A stretch of DNA of 64,000 nt from positions 1 through 64,000 of IMG/VR virus record IMGVR_UViG_3300033066_000360; one strand, 5' to 3'. The DNA is from a virus. Its lineage: Duplodnaviria > Caudoviricetes. The notes beneath the pieces were generated by a model that saw only the letters and a program-made list of their open reading frames with translations, was not told the DNA's origin and ran no database searches. The position numbers were made by a program, and so were the translations under genes. Below are positions 58,956 to 64,000 of the stretch, in pieces; position 1 is the first letter of the stretch; each line of letters begins with the position of its first letter.

Positions 58956-60416
58956 TTATTCTAGCTTCTCTGCTAACTCAGCTATTTGAATTGCCGCTCC
59001 GAACGGCCAGTTCTCGAATTCGCTGACTTTGGATTTGAGCCACTTCCAGTCCTCCGGTTCAAAGAAGAGGCTTGTTGAAATATCCTTGTCCCACGACGCT
59101 CCTGTATCGGTTACACGGAAACCGAATGCTTCCTTCTCTGGTTCTGAGATTGCAAGCTCCTTTAGGATTCTTGCGGCTGTAACAATCTCAGACATTTTCC
59201 CACCGGGAAGACCGCCGATAAGAGAGATGAGCGTGGTTCTGTCCCACACTCCTAGAGATACTTCGTGTTTCATATTACCTAGTTACGTTTCTAACTGTGC
59301 AAACAACTGAACCTGTGATTGGGTTAAATGAGTTTCCTACTACCTGAACTAAGCGAATATACTGACCATAAAGTGTTGTGTGTGTGAATGCTACGCCAGT
59401 AGTTACCTGTCCAGTAGCTCCAAACGATGTCAGGTCAGACCAAATCACGGCGTTAGGAGAGTGCTGAATCTTATTTGTAACAGTTGTTGCTCCTGTTGTT
59501 GTGATTGGAGACATTGCAGTTACTGAACTGTAGCAGTCCGCCTCACCATAGCTTGCTGAGAAGAAGCTCGGAGAAGTTGTTGTTGCCGCAGTTGTTCCAG
59601 CAAAGTTAAAGAGAGTAACATTGCGTGTTCCAATAACCACTTCTGCGCCTACTGGCTGTGGGGCGGTTAGGAATGCGGAGCTTACTGTCATAACAGCTAG
59701 TGCCGCAATAGAAAGGATTGTGATAACGAGACGGGATTTAGTTAGTCTGTTCATGTCTTTTATTATACCTATACCATTGGCGTAATCTCACGCCATTCAA
59801 CCATTACGGACAATTGCCACGTACCGGCAGCATCAAAAGCTTGACCGGCCCTAATGCCAAGAACTTCTCCAGCCCTTAGTGTAAGTGGGTGGTCTTGGAA
59901 ATCCATCACTTGCTCATAGTATGCGCCAGCAGCGCCTACATGTGCGAGAGGCATGATCTTTAGTGGAACAGCTTCGTATGTAACGTTTGTTGTCGTGAGA
60001 GCGGCAGTAGTGGCGATTCTTGTGTCTCCACCACCAGCAGAATCAAAGACAGACGCCCCCATAACAAGATGCTTTGGTGGGTTTGGATCAATCGCGCTAC
60101 CACCAGAAGTAACGGGAGAGGAGCTTACTCCACGGAAAATTGCAAGCCTTCTTCCTACGGTTAGAGGAGTCGTGTATACAACAAGTGTCGTATATTGGAG
60201 ACGAATCCTATCAATTTGCGCTATTCGAGAACCAGCAGTTGTCGATGACCTCATTAGAAATACTGTAGCGAGAGACGCTAGAGCAGCGGCCATTGTTCCT
60301 GTGATACCAGAGGTTGCATATGCCTCTCCAATCGGATACACGGATGTTCTAGATACTCCACCGGAGTCGATACGCTGGATATTTGCGGGGTTAACTGGAT
60401 CTTGTTGTATTGCCAT
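58956..60416 (-). other. tail-region hypothetical genes (58956-59273, 59275-59754, 59769-60416)
   Basis: Coupled minus-strand ORFs; beta-rich Thr/Ser/Gly composition. Confidence 0.6.
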
Positions 60417-61316
60417 TTAGAGTCCTACTGAATAAGCTATTTTAACATTTCCAATCATCAATCCATAGGATGACCAGTAGAAGGTTATTTCTGTGGAAGA
60501 TGTGACGACTCCACTTATTTGGATTTGTCCATACTCGATCTCATCTGCCAGAGTTCCCTTGTCCGTGTAGGCATCTGGAACCATGAATGCGTGAACGAAT
60601 TTCCCGGTGGAAAGTCCAGCAAGGCCAGAAAGAACCACAACGCCATCATATCTAGCTCTGTCGCACAAGTTAATCATGGCTGTTGACCAAGTGGTTCCAG
60701 AGGATCCTGTTGGACCTTGAGGCCCAGTATCTCCAGTCGGACCCTGAATCCCCTGTATGCCTTGTGGCCCCTGTATTCCCTGAGGCCCAGTGCTGCCAGC
60801 AGGACCAGTGTTTCCAGTGGCTCCTTGCGGACCAGTCGCTCCTTGTGGACCAGTAGAACCGGTGGCCCCCTGTGGACCCTCAACACCCTGAGGGCCTTGC
60901 GGACCTGTTGCGCCTTGTGGACCCTGAGATCCGGTATCTCCTTTGGGCCCAATTGGACCCTGAGGGCCGGTTAATCCCTGTGGACCAGTTGATCCAGTCG
61001 GACCTTGTGGACCTGTAGCTCCTTGCGCTCCTGCCGCACCAGCGGCTCCAGCAGCACCCGGAGATCCAGCCACCCCATCGGCGCCAGCAGGACCAGTAGC
61101 TCCTGTGGCTCCAGTTGCGCCTGTAAGTCCTCTTGGGCCAGTAAGTCCAATTGGCCCTTGTGGACCCTGAGGACCAGCGGGGCCAGCAAGTGTTCCTTCC
61201 GTGGGGACTGTTACAGAAACAATAGCTGATGGATTGACAGCAACGGCAATATCATTCTCTGAGACGAGAGTAACAGTCACACTCGGGAGCACTACTGGTT
61301 CAATTGTGATGTCCAT
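60417..61316 (-). CDS. collagen-like tail/fibre protein
   Basis: Long G-X-Y repeat ([10 protein letters not shown]). Confidence 0.85.
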   Translation of the reverse strand: MDITIEPVVLPSVTVTLVSENDIAVAVNPSAIVSVTVPTEGTLAGPAGPQGPQGPIGLTGPRGLTGATGATGATGPAGADGVAGSPGAAGAAGAAGAQGATGPQGPTGSTGPQGLTGPQGPIGPKGDTGSQGPQGATGPQGPQGVEGPQGATGSTGPQGATGPQGATGNTGPAGSTGPQGIQGPQGIQGIQGPTGDTGPQGPTGSSGTTWSTAMINLCDRARYDGVVVLSGLAGLSTGKFVHAFMVPDAYTDKGTLADEIEYGQIQISGVVTSSTEITFYWSSYGLMIGNVKIAYSVGL

Positions 61317-61980
61317 TAGATCCCCTTATCTACAATTGCAAATGATCCCGCAAGGATTGTCCTTGTCAATCCACCGCTTGTCATGTCAAGGTTCCAATCA
61401 TATTTCCCAACACCCATTGCAGTGCTGTTTGCCGAAGTAAAGGTTAGCTTTATTGATCCAGTGGGAGCATCCACAACCGTTGGGGTTATTGACAATGCTC
61501 CATACTTTGCCGTGAATGTAACATTGGTAATATCCTGATTGATAGATATATTGAGAACGTAATCATCGCCCAGAAATACAGTGTGATTAAAAATGGCGGG
61601 AAGTTGGTATAGATTTGTAGTCATTATCCTAAGTCTCCAATAGTATCTGACCCCAGTAGAAGAGTTGCGGCAGGGAGAGTCTTGACGGTATGAACTCTAT
61701 GCCCACCGGACATGACAAGGAACTTTTCCCTGAGCTTGCTTTTTACCAGCGCACGTATGGCAGCTTTCTTCTCGGCGGCAGTTCCAGAGGAGTTGATCTG
61801 GTCATACTCGTATGGAGTCACATAGACCTCTATAAGTCGGCAGTTGTTATTCCCATCTCCTGCCTCAAAAGGATTGATAACACTGTCCCACACCTTGAAT
61901 TCAACACTCAGGGCAACAATGTCGCCGCCTTCGTTTTTGTGCTCAAATACATTCGAGCGGATTGCTTTTTGAAATGCCAT
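61316..61980 (-). other. tail-associated genes (61316-61624 BppU-like baseplate domain; 61624-61980 hypothetical)
   Basis: GDDY...GKYDWNLDM...RTILAGSF pattern in 61316-61624. Confidence 0.5.
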
Positions 61981-64000
61981 TACGCTATCCTCACCCAGTT
62001 TGTACCATCACTCTTAATTATTACTCTAGACCATTGGGCTGTGCCAACATTAAGAGTCGTAGCTCCGTTAATTGTATCTGAGCCAGCCCTTGTAATCACA
62101 ATATCCTTTGTTCCGGAGTCTACCTTCACAAAGATATACTCTCTGCCATTGCATGTTGAAGCCGCCACGAGTGTTGCTGTAATGTCCGCAGCACTACCAG
62201 TTGTCACATAGTAGGCACTAGCATTGGCATCCACAGTGAAGTTTGCACTCTTGGCTGTCCCTGTTGTTGCAAAAGAACCATCTACATGGAGCCTGCTTGT
62301 CGGAGTTAGGTTGGATCCAAATCCGGCATATCCGCCACCGGCATTGTCCAGAATGTTCATGTGATACGTTCCCGATCCACCGAACCACTTAAGCTTCCCG
62401 GTTCCACCAGCGTTGTTATTAAGCTCCATGTCGTAGTTTCCGCCACCAGCGGCAGTAGAAATACGACCAGTTGCATAAAACGACAAGGAGTAGAGATTGG
62501 TTATCCCTTGGTTACCCATAGAGAAACCAGCGCCGAAGTTAATACCAGAAGCACCTACCCCAAGAACGTTCACATATCCATCCCCGGTAGAGTTCATACT
62601 CTGTATGTTCTGGCTGTATGGGAATGTAAAGTATCCGCCAGGAAGGGATCCGGCTCCAATTGTCAACCCTGACACAACAACGCCTGCCTGATGGAGCCAC
62701 ATTACATCAGTAGTGCCAGATGGACCAGTTGAGAACTTGCCACCAGTTGTGTTGAACGCGCCAATTGCCCCACCCAGAGATGCATCAGCCGTATTGTCCT
62801 GATAGGTTGTTGTCGTATTGTCGTTGATTGTGGCAACAAATTTGTAAACACCAAGACCATTTGCGTTCCTGTAAATAGATCTAGAGGTCACCACCCCTGT
62901 AGTCCCTGTCGGGATTCCAGTCAAGTTGATCTTCTTGGAGGTGACTGTTATGCTGTTTGATAGGTTTGCATACCATCCGGTGTTACCCTGAGCAGTATTA
63001 AGAGTTACCTTGTATCTATATGTTCCATTCGGATTTCCCGCTACGCCACTATCAGCAGCCGTTGGGCCTGCTGGAGTCGTCTCCTGCTTAAACTTGAAGT
63101 TGGTATATCCCCAGTCCCAAGATGGAGTAGATGTGCTATACGCAAAAGATGGAAGACCGCTAGAGCCGATTGTTAAAGCAACCCAGTTAGAGGTATCGTA
63201 CCGCCATCTCATTTGCTCGGTTGTAAGCGTCAGCATGGCGCTACCGCCGATTGTAAGTGCGCTTCCAGACTCAGAGAGGATTGAGTCTCCCTGAGATAAT
63301 GCTCCGGTCCACTTGACAATCTTCCCGTTAGTTCCGGTCCCCGTATGGCTTGTTGGAATATCACTCAATAGAGCAATTGTTCCACTGGCATAGGGGAGAT
63401 AGATGATGTTATTCCCCGCAACATCTGGTGGCCATAGATTGATTTGACCAGATGTTAGACCTGCCAAAAGCAGGGGACCGCGATGCTGTAGTGAGTAGTT
63501 ACCCGCAATAATATCCATGTACGCGGCTGATGGAGTAACCGGTATCTCTGGCATGTTATATGTAAGAGGTTCGCCATCCCACTCCACATTCCCAATATCG
63601 TAAACAAAGGTTCCTGTCGATGTTGAATACCAGTAAAAGCCAGTTAGCCCAGACCCATAATTCCACGTTTCATCTATTAGCCTAATGTAATAGCCATCTG
63701 CTCCGGTTACCGGATTCAGCGTCACATCCATGTGATACCAACTGCCGCCAACGCCATTGTCGGTTCCAGATAATTCCAGATATCCAGCACTAAATATCTG
63801 CCTTCCACCGACAACCTTATATGCCCAGATCCTGACTTTCTGATCGTAACTGCCGTTATCTGGACCGCCCCACGAATAGTTAAACGCCCAACTCCCCGTG
63901 GGTGTCGCAAGGGCGAGATCGGCTGTTTTTATGTCTAGACTGTATGCCGTATTCCTATTTGACCCGGACCCCGCATTAAGTGTTGTTGTGGCCTTTAGAC
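61980..64000 (-). CDS. tail fibre / receptor-binding protein (5' end beyond the window)
   Basis: Frame of 61980-63731 stays open to 64000 (checked manually); Gly/Thr/Ser-rich; C-terminal LVAASTCNGREYIFVKVD domain. Confidence 0.75.
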   Translation of the reverse strand, partial: LKATTTLNAGSGSNRNTAYSLDIKTADLALATPTGSWAFNYSWGGPDNGSYDQKVRIWAYKVVGGRQIFSAGYLELSGTDNGVGGSWYHMDVTLNPVTGADGYYIRLIDETWNYGSGLTGFYWYSTSTGTFVYDIGNVEWDGEPLTYNMPEIPVTPSAAYMDIIAGNYSLQHRGPLLLAGLTSGQINLWPPDVAGNNIIYLPYASGTIALLSDIPTSHTGTGTNGKIVKWTGALSQGDSILSESGSALTIGGSAMLTLTTEQMRWRYDTSNWVALTIGSSGLPSFAYSTSTPSWDWGYTNFKFKQETTPAGPTAADSGVAGNPNGTYRYKVTLNTAQGNTGWYANLSNSITVTSKKINLTGIPTGTTGVVTSRSIYRNANGLGVYKFVATINDNTTTTYQDNTADASLGGAIGAFNTTGGKFSTGPSGTTDVMWLHQAGVVVSGLTIGAGSLPGGYFTFPYSQNIQSMNSTGDGYVNVLGVGASGINFGAGFSMGNQGITNLYSLSFYATGRISTAAGGGNYDMELNNNAGGTGKLKWFGGSGTYHMNILDNAGGGYAGFGSNLTPTSRLHVDGSFATTGTAKSANFTVDANASAYYVTTGSAADITATLVAASTCNGREYIFVKVDSGTKDIVITRAGSDTINGATTLNVGTAQWSRVIIKSDGTNWVRIA

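Noticed and set aside
1-64000. Stop-codon reassignment (code 15 or 4)
   Set aside because: Long genes are intact in code 11, many coupled genes end in TAG or TGA, and no CTA/TCA suppressor tRNA was found; the single TAG before 34698 fits a pseudogene.

Overview
This 64 kb window is an internal fragment of a large tailed-phage genome. No integrase or host housekeeping context is visible. The host may be Chloroflexota, inferred only from a Thr/Pro-rich exported protein with a YLP tail. Left end (minus strand): major capsid (partial), scaffold, portal and large terminase. From about 6 to 55 kb (mostly plus strand): (i) terminator-punctuated small early genes; (ii) a minimal CCA-adding enzyme; (iii) an 830-aa single-subunit double-psi-barrel RNA polymerase (YonO/eukaryotic RdRP-like) with an unusual DFDMD catalytic motif; (iv) five Y-RNA-like genes under their own sigma70 promoter directly upstream of a Ro60/TROVE gene; (v) 33 CCA-less tRNA genes covering all 20 amino acids, interleaved with unexplained structured RNAs, including two MLD-less mini-tmRNAs (one split by a cassette containing the other plus an HNH gene) and a 55-nt G3-U70 tRNA-like RNA; (vi) RNA ligase, HAD phosphatase and phosphoesterases; (vii) replication and recombination genes (SSB, PD-(D/E)XK nuclease, DnaB-like helicase, primase, Rad52/Sak). 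Right end (minus strand): lysis and tail-fibre genes. A hairpin with an invariant TACC loop recurs at plus-strand gene junctions. All calls are by eye from motifs and base pairing; no searches were run.
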